The notes beneath the pieces are model-generated. The model saw only the letters and a list, made by a program, of their open reading frames with translations, made no database searches and was not told the DNA's origin. A stretch of DNA of 63,041 bases from an uncultured Candidatus Saccharibacteria bacterium (lineage in GTDB: Bacteria > Patescibacteriota > WWE3 > UBA101185 > UBA10185), in assembly GCA_964396025.1 (NCBI GenBank), contig CAYNBT010000001.1, positions 3,129 through 66,169 of the forward strand. Reading direction: 5' to 3'. The number at the start of each line of letters is the position of its first letter. Position 1 is the first letter of the stretch. Both the position numbers and the translations under genes were made by a program. This document shows positions 17,403-26,240 of this stretch, one piece after another.

Positions 17403-18722
17403 TTAACTTAGTAGTTTTTTAATTATCTGCGTAGAAGCTTGAGGATCGGCTTTACCCTTAGATACTTTCATGACTTGCCCCAACAAAAACTGCAGCGAAG
17501 ACTCTTTACCGTTCTTTAGATCCTCAACCGCTTTTGCATTCTGATCCAACACGCTTTGTATCATGGACAAGAGATCTTCTTCGGTGGTGAGTCTGGAATC
17601 GGCTTGGCTTAAATGAATCTTCATCTCGTCTATACCCGCATTCCTGAATTCAGGGCGATTCAACAAAAGATTGGCAACCTTCACCGGGTCAAGGTTTTGT
17701 GCGCTAAATTCCTCGAACTTCTTTAGAACTTCAAAATTGTCGCTCTTGGCAAGCTCAGTTGCAACACTTTCTTTTAGCCCATATTGACTGGATAATCGAG
17801 CCTTTGTTTGTGATGGAAGCTCTGGCATTGAGTTGCGCAAATCTTCAAAGTACTCTTGCTCAAAATGCATTGGAGGAATGTCAGGTTCAGGAAAGTACCT
17901 ATAATCATGCGCGTCCTCTTTACTCCTCTGTGCTACAGTAACTGCCTTAACGTCGTCCCAACCTCTGTTCTCCTGCGCAACACTACCTCCTGAATCAAGA
18001 ATCTCAGCTTGGCGCTTTATTTCAAAAAGTACAGCTTTTTCCATGAACTTGAACGAGTTAATGTTTTTGACCTCAACTTTGTAGTTAGGCAACTCCCCCG
18101 CCATTTCCATTTCTGACGTACGCAGCGAAATATTGGGTTCTATTCTCAATTGACCTTTTTCCATGTCAGCCTCACTTATTCCAATTGCTCTTACAATGTC
18201 TCTTAGTTTTCTTGCAAATTCAGAAGCTTCATAGGGGCTTGTAAATACGGGCTCGGTTACTATTTCTATCAGAGGCATTCCAGACATATTGAAATCTATC
18301 AAAGTCTTGTCACCTTCATGGAATGACTTGGCGGTGTCTTCTTCAAGATGAATTCTTTTTATAGCAGCTTTAAACCCATTATCCAACTCTAAATACCCAT
18401 GCTCACAAAAAGGCTCCTTATACTGGCTGATCTGATATCCTTTGGGTAAATCAGGATAGAAGTAATGTTTTCGATCAAATTTAGCATTTTCGTTCAGTTT
18501 GCAGTTTAAAGCTAGTCCCAACAGCTGAGTTTTCTGAACAGCTTCGAAGTTTGGCACAGGCAAGGCACCGGGTAATCCCAAACAAGATGGGCATGTTAAC
18601 GAATTTGGTGCATCGCCCATTTGATAAGCCATACAACCGCAAAACATTTTCCTAACCGTTTTTGGCTCCAAATGAATTTCTAAACCCAAAACTAATTTAT
18701 ATTTATCGTGAATGTTAGGCAT
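17403..18722 (-). CDS. gatB: Asp/Glu-tRNA(Asn/Gln) amidotransferase subunit B
   Basis: 'LVLGLEIHLE' and 'RIHLEEDTAKS'. The ORF-track start at 18725 is TTG. The adjacent ATG at 18722 is taken as the start. Confidence 0.9.
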   Translation of the reverse strand: MPNIHDKYKLVLGLEIHLEPKTVRKMFCGCMAYQMGDAPNSLTCPSCLGLPGALPVPNFEAVQKTQLLGLALNCKLNENAKFDRKHYFYPDLPKGYQISQYKEPFCEHGYLELDNGFKAAIKRIHLEEDTAKSFHEGDKTLIDFNMSGMPLIEIVTEPVFTSPYEASEFARKLRDIVRAIGISEADMEKGQLRIEPNISLRTSEMEMAGELPNYKVEVKNINSFKFMEKAVLFEIKRQAEILDSGGSVAQENRGWDDVKAVTVAQRSKEDAHDYRYFPEPDIPPMHFEQEYFEDLRNSMPELPSQTKARLSSQYGLKESVATELAKSDNFEVLKKFEEFSAQNLDPVKVANLLLNRPEFRNAGIDEMKIHLSQADSRLTTEEDLLSMIQSVLDQNAKAVEDLKNGKESSLQFLLGQVMKVSKGKADPQASTQIIKKLLS

Positions 18723-19119
18723 CAACTCTAACTCCTAAAACATACAGGCCATGTTTCAAATCGGCTACGGAACGCACAAGCATGATATGGTTTGGCTCAA
18801 AACCTGCCTCATGAACCATAGCATTTCTAACACGATGAGCTTTCCAAACTTTGGTGTACGTGTCTTTGTCAAACAAATTTCTGGAATTTTTTAAACGCTC
18901 TCCCATGCTCTGACCGTTCACGAGATCTTTGAGTGCAGCATCCAAACATTTATCGGCATCCATAAGCGCCTGCCTAAGCTGGCTTGGTTTACCTTCTTGC
19001 AACAAAATTTTTATTTTATCCCAATCATACTTAATCTTGGAAAGTGTCTCTGCAGTAACACGCCTGTGTACAATTCCCGCACCAAAAAAAATGTCTTTTA
19101 ATATGCCAAAAAAACTCAT
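18715..19119 (-). CDS. small protein with HEPN-like Rx4H motif, nested between gatA and gatB
   Basis: ATGA overlap with the gatA stop and an 8-nt overlap with the gatB start. Predicted helical protein carrying 'AHRVRNAMVHE' (R-N-x3-H). Confidence 0.6.
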   Translation of the reverse strand: MSFFGILKDIFFGAGIVHRRVTAETLSKIKYDWDKIKILLQEGKPSQLRQALMDADKCLDAALKDLVNGQSMGERLKNSRNLFDKDTYTKVWKAHRVRNAMVHEAGFEPNHIMLVRSVADLKHGLYVLGVRVDA

Positions 19120-20555
19120 AGGTCTAGGTTTGGGTACTCCTTATGAAAATCCGTACTTTGCTCGTATAAGTGAGCTGAGGCAAGTAATTTCTCTTCAGAC
19201 AAATGAGGTCCGATAAGCTGAACCCCTACTGGCAAATTTTCACTTAGCCCACATGGTATCGTAATCGCAGGCAATCCTGCGATTGAACTTGGCTCCTGTA
19301 AAAGGTCGGTTAACTCACCAAATAGCGCAGATTTCTCAGATGCACCCATATCTAGGGCAACTGAAGGAAGTGTGGGGGCAATTAATAAATCTACTTTTTC
19401 AAAAACTCGCTTAAAATCATCAACTATAAGAGTTCTTACCCGCTGTGCCTTTGAGTAATATTGATCGTAATAGCCTGCACTCAGCGCATAGGCACCTAAC
19501 ATCATGCGTTTCTTAGCCTCAAAACCAAATGTGCTACGCTCATGCCCAAACCGGATCCCATCAAAACGTGCTAAGTTAGAAGAAACCTCGGATCTTTGCA
19601 AAATCGTGTAAACAGCAATCGAGTAGTGGGGATCAATCAAGTCTACCTCCACGGTTTTTGCCCCTAATTCGGTGAATTTTTCTATAGCAGCAAATATGCG
19701 CTCTTTAACACCGGATTCCATTTCTTCAACAAAATAGGATTTTGGGATCCCTAGTGTCAAATGCTTTAGATTCGCAGTGTGTTCCAAATTTTTAGTGTAA
19801 TCAACAACAGGTGCTGGGGAAGAGGTTGCATCAAAAGCATCCACTCCGGCAATGATATTCAAAATATAGGCTGCATCTTCAACTGATTTTGTGATTGGAC
19901 CGGGAGAATCAGTAGACGAAGCCATTGCAATCACACCATATCTGCTAACACGACCATAAGTTGGCTTTAAGCCAGTAACACCACACCAGCTGGCAGGTAC
20001 TCGAATACTTCCTGCAGTTTCGCTTCCAATAGCAAAGGTACACATGTGGGCAGCCACAGCAGCGCCAGAACCTCCCGAAGAGCCACCAGGTACTTTTTCA
20101 AAGTTCCATGGGTTTTTAGTTGTTCCAAAGTCAGATGTCTCAGTGGATGAACCATGCGCAAAAGCATCCATATTGGTTTTACCCAACAAAATTGCACCTG
20201 CGTCTTTGAGACGTTGGGTCACTGTGGACTCATACGGAGGAATAAAGCCCTTTAAAATTGCGGCAGAGGCTGTTGTTTCGATTCCTTTGGTACAAAAATT
20301 GTCTTTGCAAGCATAGGGAATTCCAAGTAGAGGGTGTTTGTTAAAGATACTTTCGCCCTCAGTTGCCAAAATCTCATCTGCCTTCGCGGCCTCCTTAAGC
20401 GCATTTTCTTCGTTCAGAGATAAAAATGCAAAAATAGACTTGTTATGTCTTTTGATTTGCTCAAAACATGCTTTCACAAGATCCACACTTGAAAACTTTC
20501 CTGCTTTGAGGCCTTCAATGGCTTGGTAAATAGTTAGTTCGTTTAGTTTGCTCAT
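19116..20555 (-). CDS. gatA: Asp/Glu-tRNA(Asn/Gln) amidotransferase subunit A
   Basis: Amidase signature 'GGSSGGSGAAVA' and 'GSETAGSIRVPASWCG'. Confidence 0.92.
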   Translation of the reverse strand: MSKLNELTIYQAIEGLKAGKFSSVDLVKACFEQIKRHNKSIFAFLSLNEENALKEAAKADEILATEGESIFNKHPLLGIPYACKDNFCTKGIETTASAAILKGFIPPYESTVTQRLKDAGAILLGKTNMDAFAHGSSTETSDFGTTKNPWNFEKVPGGSSGGSGAAVAAHMCTFAIGSETAGSIRVPASWCGVTGLKPTYGRVSRYGVIAMASSTDSPGPITKSVEDAAYILNIIAGVDAFDATSSPAPVVDYTKNLEHTANLKHLTLGIPKSYFVEEMESGVKERIFAAIEKFTELGAKTVEVDLIDPHYSIAVYTILQRSEVSSNLARFDGIRFGHERSTFGFEAKKRMMLGAYALSAGYYDQYYSKAQRVRTLIVDDFKRVFEKVDLLIAPTLPSVALDMGASEKSALFGELTDLLQEPSSIAGLPAITIPCGLSENLPVGVQLIGPHLSEEKLLASAHLYEQSTDFHKEYPNLDL

Positions 20556-20556
20556 G

Positions 20557-20853
20557 TTATTTATTAAGAAGCACTGCTTTGGTTACAAATAAATCTCGCT
20601 GAGTTTGTGGTGCATTACTTAATGCTGTTTCTTTTGAAAGGGTTGCTACATTGTCGATACCATAAACATTTGTTAAACCCGTAACTTGATAGGTTTCCTT
20701 AACTTTGCCGGTATCCAACTCGTCTAGTTTGCTTATGTACTGAATTGTTTCAGTAAAAAGCTGGGAGAACTTTTCTAACTCCTGATCAGAAAGATCGAGC
20801 TTACAAAGCATTGCCACATGTTTTACATCTTCTTTAGTTACTTTATTTTCCAT
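20557..20853 (-). CDS. gatC: Asp/Glu-tRNA(Asn/Gln) amidotransferase subunit C
   Basis: 98 aa, 'VKHVAMLCKLDLSDQELEKF'. It lies 1 nt upstream of gatA. Confidence 0.85.
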   Translation of the reverse strand: MENKVTKEDVKHVAMLCKLDLSDQELEKFSQLFTETIQYISKLDELDTGKVKETYQVTGLTNVYGIDNVATLSKETALSNAPQTQRDLFVTKAVLLNK

Positions 20854-20914
20854 AGATTTATAGATCTTAGAGGATTTTAGCAGTTTTTAAAACATTTTGA
20901 ACGAGGAAGTGCCG

Positions 20915-21814
20915 TTACATATCAATAAGCCTTTTTATACGCTCTTCAACAGGAGGATGAGTATTGAATAGGTTTGCAAATACACTTGCCGTTTGTCCTT
21001 TAAGCGGATTTGCAATGTAAAGATGTGCTGTAGCACCATTGGCTGCTTCTAGCACTTCACGATCTTGAGAGATTTTCTTGAGCGCAGAGGCTAAACCATC
21101 CGGATAGCGTGTTAACAAAGCGGCGGAAGAATCAGCCAAAAATTCGCGGTTACGGCTTACGGCTAACTTGATTAATGTAGCAATAACGGGACTGAGAACT
21201 ATAAAGATTATTCCAATGAGAATTATCAAGCCATTACCGCCGGAATTCCTAGAACGACGATTCCCTCCATAGAGCATACCGCGAGTAAACCAATCGGCCA
21301 AAAGTGTTATGGTACCAACCAAAACACTTACAATAGACATCAAACGAATATCATAGTTTCCAATATGAGAAAGCTCGTGAGCAATTACACCTTCCAACTC
21401 CAGTTTTGTGAGTGCAGAAAGAATTCCTGTGGTAAAGCAGATTACGGCGTGATTGGGATCTCTGCCTGTGGCAAAGGCATTCAAAGCAGTATCCTCAATC
21501 ACAAAAATACGAGGTTTTGGCAAACCGGATCCTATGCATAGGTTTTCAACCAAATTATGTAAATAAGGGTTTTCTTGCTCAGTAACTTGTTTTGCGCCGG
21601 AAATCGCTAAAACTATCTTGTCAGAATTGTAGTAACTTACAAAGCTCGATATACCAGAAAAAATCAGCGCTACCCCAATGAAAAATCCGCCCGAACCTTC
21701 AAAGAAAACCTCACCCACAAACCACCCAAGAAACGAAACTATAACCATAAAAATGGCCATGATAATTACTGTATCGCGCTTATTACTCTGTATATGCGTA
21801 TAAACTGTTGCCAT
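20915..21814 (-). CDS. htpX: M48 zinc metalloprotease HtpX
   Basis: 'HELSHIGNYD' HEXXH motif within a four-TM topology. Confidence 0.88.
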   Translation of the reverse strand: MATVYTHIQSNKRDTVIIMAIFMVIVSFLGWFVGEVFFEGSGGFFIGVALIFSGISSFVSYYNSDKIVLAISGAKQVTEQENPYLHNLVENLCIGSGLPKPRIFVIEDTALNAFATGRDPNHAVICFTTGILSALTKLELEGVIAHELSHIGNYDIRLMSIVSVLVGTITLLADWFTRGMLYGGNRRSRNSGGNGLIILIGIIFIVLSPVIATLIKLAVSRNREFLADSSAALLTRYPDGLASALKKISQDREVLEAANGATAHLYIANPLKGQTASVFANLFNTHPPVEERIKRLIDM

Positions 21815-21832
21815 ATGTGCAAATTGCTATTC

Positions 21833-22381
21833 TTAGGCGTTAAAACTTACTTTTACAGCTTCTCGTTCTGCCCCTGAGGCCTCAAAAAAGGATTCTTCTT
21901 TAAAACCAAAGATTGAAGCAATAATATTGCTTGGTAAGGTAACAATCTTGGAATTAAAGTCCCTTACTACAGCGTTGTAAAACTGTCTTGAATAGGCGAT
22001 TTTGTCTTCGGTATCAGTGAGATCCTGCTGTAATTGTTTAAAGTTGCCTGAAGCTTTGAGATCAGGGTAGCTTTCTGCTACTGCAAATAGAGACTTTAAA
22101 GCACCAGTTAGCATGTTGTTTGCTTCCTGAGCTTGGCCTGGGTTTGAAGCACCCATTAATGCTGCACGAGCTTTGGTAACATTTTCAAACACTTCCCTTT
22201 CGTGGGTTGCATAACCTTTTACTGTTTCTACAAGATTAGGAATAAGATCAGTGCGCCTTTTGAGCTGAACATCAATCTGGCTCCATGCCTCTTTGATGCG
22301 AACTTTAAGCTGCGCAAGACCATTGTAAACAAAAACTACATACAAAGCCAAAACTAGAATAATTGCTAAAAGTACAAACAT
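21833..22381 (-). CDS. lemA: LemA family protein
   Basis: N-terminal TM helix plus '[39 protein letters not shown]'. Confidence 0.88.
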   Translation of the reverse strand: MFVLLAIILVLALYVVFVYNGLAQLKVRIKEAWSQIDVQLKRRTDLIPNLVETVKGYATHEREVFENVTKARAALMGASNPGQAQEANNMLTGALKSLFAVAESYPDLKASGNFKQLQQDLTDTEDKIAYSRQFYNAVVRDFNSKIVTLPSNIIASIFGFKEESFFEASGAEREAVKVSFNA

Positions 22382-22418
22382 AGGTTCCTTTCAGGAAATA
22401 ACTAACATGCTAATGATA

Positions 22419-24173
22419 TCACTTTATCCACAAAGATAAAAAGTCTGCTAATGATTGTGTGTTCTGAATATCCTTAGCCTCACACCCTCCACGTCTTGCG
22501 ACGTTAATTCCGTAATGCATAAGCTTGAGATCACTTGTAGAGTGTGAATCTGTATTAATCATAAGTTTAACCCCGTACTTTAACGCCTCTCTAACTAAAT
22601 CATCCGAAAGATCGGATCTGCTAGGTTGGGCATTGATTTCAATAATTTTGTTAAATTCTACTGCTGCTGCAAAAATTTTATCCCAATCAACATCGCAGGG
22701 GTTTCGTTCGTTAAGAACTCTGCCTGAAGGGTGCCCTATAATAGTAATGTGCGGGTTTTTTATAGCATTGAGTAGACGCGCTGTAATTTTTTCTCTAGGT
22801 TGATCAAATGATGTGTGAATTGAAGCTATACCATAATCCAGTTTCGCCATAATTTCATCGGGTAATGCCAAGCTCTCATCATTCAAAATGTTAATTTCGT
22901 ACCCAAATAGTACTCGAATGCTATTCTGTGAACTATTTATTTGTTCGATTTTCCTTCTTTTTGCCTCTATGATAGACAATACTTCCATGCGTCCTCGTGA
23001 TTGAACACTAGGAGCATGATCGGCATTTCCTATATATTCATAACCAAGTTCAATTGCAGCAGCTATCATATCCTCTAGCGAATTGACGCCATCAGAGTCT
23101 GTAGAATGTGTGTGCAGATCTCCTTTGATGTTTTTTAAAGTCACAAGATCAGGTAATTTTCCTTTTACTGCTAATTCAACTTCATCGCGACCCTGACGTA
23201 GCTCAGGAACAATATAGGGAAGCCCGATTTTGTTATAAAATTCCTTCTCATTAGAAAATTTATAGAGTTCATCAGTTTTTTTATCTTTTATTCCGTATTC
23301 TGAGAGAGAATAACCACTTTCCAATGCAAATGTTCGCAGCAACACATTGTGCTGCTTTGAGCCTGTAAAATACTGCATCATGGCACCAAGTGAATTTTCA
23401 TCTATCACGCGTATGTCAACTTGAACATCATTTTTCAGCACCACAGCGGCACGAGAATCTCCTTTGGCTAAAACATCTTCAACCTCAGAAAAACTTACAA
23501 AGTGCTCTATTGTTTTGGCCATATCTGTTGTTGCTACAACAATATCAATATCCCCCACCGTGGCTTCACGGCGCCTTAAAGAACCTAGTGCCTCTGCTTG
23601 GGAAACACATTCTAGTTCTTTGATGTAACTGATGATTCTACCTGCAATTTCTTCTGCTTTAGGAAGAAGCATGCGCTTTTTTTCATTCTTGGTTTTTTTG
23701 GAATCCGAAATTGAAGATAAAATATCGAGTTCAGACTTTTCACCAAACCCCTCTAGAACGCGTATCTTGCCCTTTTCAGCGGCTTTTTTAAGCTTTTCGA
23801 CTGCAGTATCCTTATCGTCCAAATCAAACGCGCTAGCCAATTTAAAAGCCTTCTTTGCACCAATTCCTCTTATACCGATTAATGCAAACATTCCTTGGGG
23901 TAGATCTTTTTTTACAGCTTTGAATTCTTTGACATGGCCTGTCTGAAACAATTCGTCAATATGCTGCCCAAGTGCAGTCCCAACGCCAGCAATCTCATCT
24001 AGGCGCTTTTTTTCCCAAAGATCAAAAACACTGGATGTGAGATCTTGAATAGAGGAAATGGCGTTCTGATAAGCCCTAATCTTGAAACGGTTGACTTCCT
24101 TAACCTCCATAGCAGCTAAAACCTCTTTTAGCTCTTTTACAAGCTCCTCATTGGTGATTTTTGTTATTGTCAT
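22419..24173 (-). CDS. polX: family X DNA polymerase with C-terminal PHP domain
   Basis: HhH / pol-beta-like N-terminal half ('GDIDIVV') and PHP 'GDLHTHSTDSDG'. Confidence 0.88.
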   Translation of the reverse strand: MTITKITNEELVKELKEVLAAMEVKEVNRFKIRAYQNAISSIQDLTSSVFDLWEKKRLDEIAGVGTALGQHIDELFQTGHVKEFKAVKKDLPQGMFALIGIRGIGAKKAFKLASAFDLDDKDTAVEKLKKAAEKGKIRVLEGFGEKSELDILSSISDSKKTKNEKKRMLLPKAEEIAGRIISYIKELECVSQAEALGSLRRREATVGDIDIVVATTDMAKTIEHFVSFSEVEDVLAKGDSRAAVVLKNDVQVDIRVIDENSLGAMMQYFTGSKQHNVLLRTFALESGYSLSEYGIKDKKTDELYKFSNEKEFYNKIGLPYIVPELRQGRDEVELAVKGKLPDLVTLKNIKGDLHTHSTDSDGVNSLEDMIAAAIELGYEYIGNADHAPSVQSRGRMEVLSIIEAKRRKIEQINSSQNSIRVLFGYEINILNDESLALPDEIMAKLDYGIASIHTSFDQPREKITARLLNAIKNPHITIIGHPSGRVLNERNPCDVDWDKIFAAAVEFNKIIEINAQPSRSDLSDDLVREALKYGVKLMINTDSHSTSDLKLMHYGINVARRGGCEAKDIQNTQSLADFLSLWIK

Positions 24174-24179
24174 GGGTAA

Positions 24180-24188
24180 ATGATACCA
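24180..24188 (-). promoter_or_regulatory. extended -10 (TGgTATCAT) 6 nt upstream of the polX ATG
   Basis: Minus strand reads TGGTATCAT-ttaccc-ATG with no SD. Confidence 0.5.
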
Positions 24189-24195
24189 TTTATCA

Positions 24196-24224
24196 TTGAC
24201 TCTAAAATACTCATCTGCTACGAT
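24196..24224 (+). promoter_or_regulatory. promoter for tRNA-Asp (TTGACT-N17-TGcTACGAT)
   Basis: Hand-counted 17-nt spacer. The -10 ends 17 nt before the mature tRNA 5' end. Confidence 0.5.
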
Positions 24225-24241
24225 TTGCGCAGGCTGAACTT

Positions 24242-24318
24242 GGAGCCGTAGCTCAGTTGGTTAGAGCGCTTCCCTGTCACGGAAGAGGTCGCGGGTTCGA
24301 GTCCCGTCGGTTCCGCCA
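24242..24318 (+). tRNA. tRNA-Asp (GTC), CCA encoded
   Basis: Cloverleaf folded by hand: acceptor GGAGCCG/CGGTTCC, anticodon stem CTTCC/GGAAG, loop ctGTCac, T-arm GCGGG-TTCGAGT-CCCGT. Confidence 0.9.
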
Positions 24319-24370
24319 AGGCCGATTCAGCTGCCACGCACTTTTTGTAAAAATTTTTCTGCCGTTAAAA

Positions 24371-25024
24371 ATGTCAAAAAAGAATAGAAATAAAAATAGA
24401 CCGCATCGTTTCCCTAACGAAAACAGTTCCAGCAAACCCCAAAATTTGAATGAAGATATTATAGTAAATCCTTTGCAGATTGAGGAAACTCCCGAGTTTT
24501 TAGAACCAGTAACCAAAACCGAAAAGTTTGAAGAAATTCCAGCACAAAGAAATGATGTAAATGTAAGTTGGCTTCGTATAGCCACAAAACTCTCACTAAT
24601 CCTGATCCTTCTTTTTATAGGTTTTTTGACCTTTAGATACCTAAGTGAGCAAAACATTGGGCAAAACGAAACGTACAAAAGAATTGCGGATACAGTTTCG
24701 GATGCTATCAACAACTCAGGAAATAAAGGCAAACCTGATATTTCCAGTGGGGCTTCAACTAAACGAGACGAAGTTATTAAAGACTCGGGTACAAACAATG
24801 GGCAAATTGCTGAGTGGCATGCAACAAACTACAAAAAAGGAGACATCAACAAAGGCAAATACACGGTAAAAGAAGGCGACACCCTATGGGAAATCTCAGA
24901 GGCTGTAAACGGAAATGGGGCTCAATGGACACAAATACTCAGTGCGAACCAAGGCTCAATTGGGTATTTACCAAACGGGAGTCAAGCGCTCATAGTGCCG
25001 GGGCAAGTTCTTTTGTTGAACTAG
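24371..25024 (+). CDS. membrane-anchored LysM domain protein
   Basis: The ORF-track start at 24257 lies inside tRNA-Asp, so the first ATG after the tRNA is used. Basic N-terminus, TM 'LSLILILLFIGFLTF', and C-terminal LysM 'YTVKEGDTLWEISEAV...LIVPGQVLLL'. Confidence 0.7.
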   Translation: MSKKNRNKNRPHRFPNENSSSKPQNLNEDIIVNPLQIEETPEFLEPVTKTEKFEEIPAQRNDVNVSWLRIATKLSLILILLFIGFLTFRYLSEQNIGQNETYKRIADTVSDAINNSGNKGKPDISSGASTKRDEVIKDSGTNNGQIAEWHATNYKKGDINKGKYTVKEGDTLWEISEAVNGNGAQWTQILSANQGSIGYLPNGSQALIVPGQVLLLN

Positions 25025-25058
25025 GACCGGGTTTGCTATAAAGGTGGGCGGTGTTTAA

Positions 25059-25133
25059 TGGAGCCACCCGTGGGAATTGAACCCACAACCTATCCCTTAC
25101 GAGAGGATTGCTCTACCGTTGAGCTAGGGTGGC
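25059..25133 (-). tRNA. tRNA-Thr (CGT), CCA encoded
   Basis: Reverse complement folds as GCCACCC...GGGTGGC-T-CCA, with anticodon loop ctCGTaa. Confidence 0.9.
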
Positions 25134-25161
25134 AAGACTGTTAAAGCTAAGCAGGCATGCC

Positions 25162-25170
25162 AAGTATATC
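25162..25170 (-). promoter_or_regulatory. extended -10 (TGaTATACT) upstream of tRNA-Thr
   Basis: Minus strand TGATATACT lies 28 nt upstream of the mature 5' end. Confidence 0.35.
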
Positions 25171-25219
25171 AAAGTTGGGTTGTTGGATGTAGCAACAAGG
25201 ACAATGAACTAGACAGGGA

Positions 25220-25261
25220 AAGAAAAAACCGCTCTAGTATTATGAATACCAAAGCGGTTTA
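25220..25261 (-). terminator. intrinsic terminator, copy 1 of a 42-nt repeated module
   Basis: Minus strand reads AAACCGCTttgGTATTcatAATACtagAGCGGTTTTTTCTT. It is 41/42 identical to 25799..25840. Confidence 0.7.
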
Positions 25262-25284
25262 GTGAAACACATGAATCGGGCAAG

Positions 25285-25656
25285 TTAGCTTTGCTTTTGC
25301 TTCTGCAGCTTGCTAAGAACTAGAATTACAACCCACACGGCTGGAACTCCAAACACAAAAGAAAAGATGTAGGCAATAAAAACCCAAACAGAATAGGTAA
25401 ATACCTTGTTTGACTCCACGATAGTCTTACATTGTTCAGCCGTTGCAGGTTGCGCTTGGCCATTTTCCTGCCCTAACTGCCCAGCAAAACTTTCGATCAT
25501 GTCACAGGAAGCTTCTTGTGATTCAATGGCTTTGCCAGCAAAAAACGCTCCTACAAAACCGGGGGCCAACACTACGGCCAAAACAACGACTGCTAAAACT
25601 GCCAAAATAAGTACATAAAGAACATTACCGCCGGATTGAGCTTTCGGACTTTTCAT
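25285..25656 (-). CDS. hypothetical two-TM membrane protein (123 aa)
   Basis: Start moved to the ATG preceded by an AAGGAGA SD (MKSPKAQSGG...). Two hydrophobic helices flank a Cys-containing loop. Confidence 0.6.
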   Translation of the reverse strand: MKSPKAQSGGNVLYVLILAVLAVVVLAVVLAPGFVGAFFAGKAIESQEASCDMIESFAGQLGQENGQAQPATAEQCKTIVESNKVFTYSVWVFIAYIFSFVFGVPAVWVVILVLSKLQKQKQS

Positions 25657-25798
25657 CGCTATCTCCTTAACTGATGTTGAAAAAAGACAACAAACCCGTG
25701 CAAAAGTAATTTCCCTTTGCATTGAGTTGCTCGCTATTATACAAGAGTAATTGGCCCAAGTCAATTGCTATAAGTCTTGCAATGCTGCGCACTAAAGT

Positions 25799-25840
25799 AA
25801 GAAAAAACCGCTCTAGTACTATGAATACCAAAGCGGTTTA
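25799..25840 (-). terminator. intrinsic terminator, copy 2 of the 42-nt repeated module
   Basis: Same hairpin as copy 1. The single difference turns an inner U-A pair into U-G. Confidence 0.7.
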
Positions 25841-25852
25841 AGTTGAGTACTG

Positions 25853-26116
25853 CTACATAAGATCATTCGCGCGTAAAAACTTCCGTATGTCGCGAATCGT
25901 CTTATGCTTTTTCATCTTGTGACCCTTCTTGAATTTCTCAATAGAGTCAAGCTTATCTGTCCACGAACCTTCAAGCTGCACCGCACGATCGTTCAAACGC
26001 ATGGCAGGCACGAGGTTGTAAGGATAATCCTTAGTCTTGCGCACGGCCTTGGCGTAATAGAATTCGCGAGCGGTAAATGAAGTGCGGACACGATCGGAAA
26101 CACAACGATTGCCCAT
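25853..26116 (-). CDS. hypothetical basic protein (87 aa)
   Basis: ATG preceded by a perfect AAGGAGG SD. It has its own promoter and terminator. Confidence 0.65.
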   Translation of the reverse strand: MGNRCVSDRVRTSFTAREFYYAKAVRKTKDYPYNLVPAMRLNDRAVQLEGSWTDKLDSIEKFKKGHKMKKHKTIRDIRKFLRANDLM

Positions 26117-26140
26117 AATTGAACCTCCTTAGTTGGAAAT

Positions 26141-26158
26141 TCAATAGTGGTTATTCAT
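26141..26158 (-). promoter_or_regulatory. 5-codon upstream ORF (MNNHY*) with its own AAGGAGG SD in the leader of the 87-aa gene
   Basis: Minus strand reads AAGGAGGcaaacATGAATAACCACTATTGA, then 12 nt, then a second AAGGAGG and the main ATG. Confidence 0.35.
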
Positions 26159-26193
26159 GTTTGCCTCCTTAAACAAATGGATGAATACCGAGC

Positions 26194-26222
26194 ATTTTAA
26201 CAGAAATGCTCACCGAAGTCAA
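26194..26222 (-). promoter_or_regulatory. promoter TTGACT-N17-TGtTAAAAT for the 87-aa gene
   Basis: Hexamers and 17-nt spacer counted by hand. It lies immediately downstream of the methyltransferase stop. Confidence 0.55.
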
Positions 26223-26240
26223 CACTATGGGTCTGTTGAA

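Noticed and set aside
20854-20914. Possible gatC promoter: TGCTAAAAT 20 nt upstream of the ATG, and TATAAA 3 nt upstream
   Set aside because: There are two competing -10 candidates at non-canonical distances. Neither fits the N6-N7 geometry seen elsewhere, so no promoter feature was called.
24257-24370. N-terminal 38 codons of the 255-aa ORF-track entry (MVRALPCHGRGRGFESRRF...)
   Set aside because: This stretch is the sense strand of tRNA-Asp read as protein. The real LysM CDS most plausibly starts at the ATG at 24371. The ORFs at 28162..28356, 28208..28432 and 33911..34126 are likewise read-throughs of tRNA-Gly and tRNA-Val.
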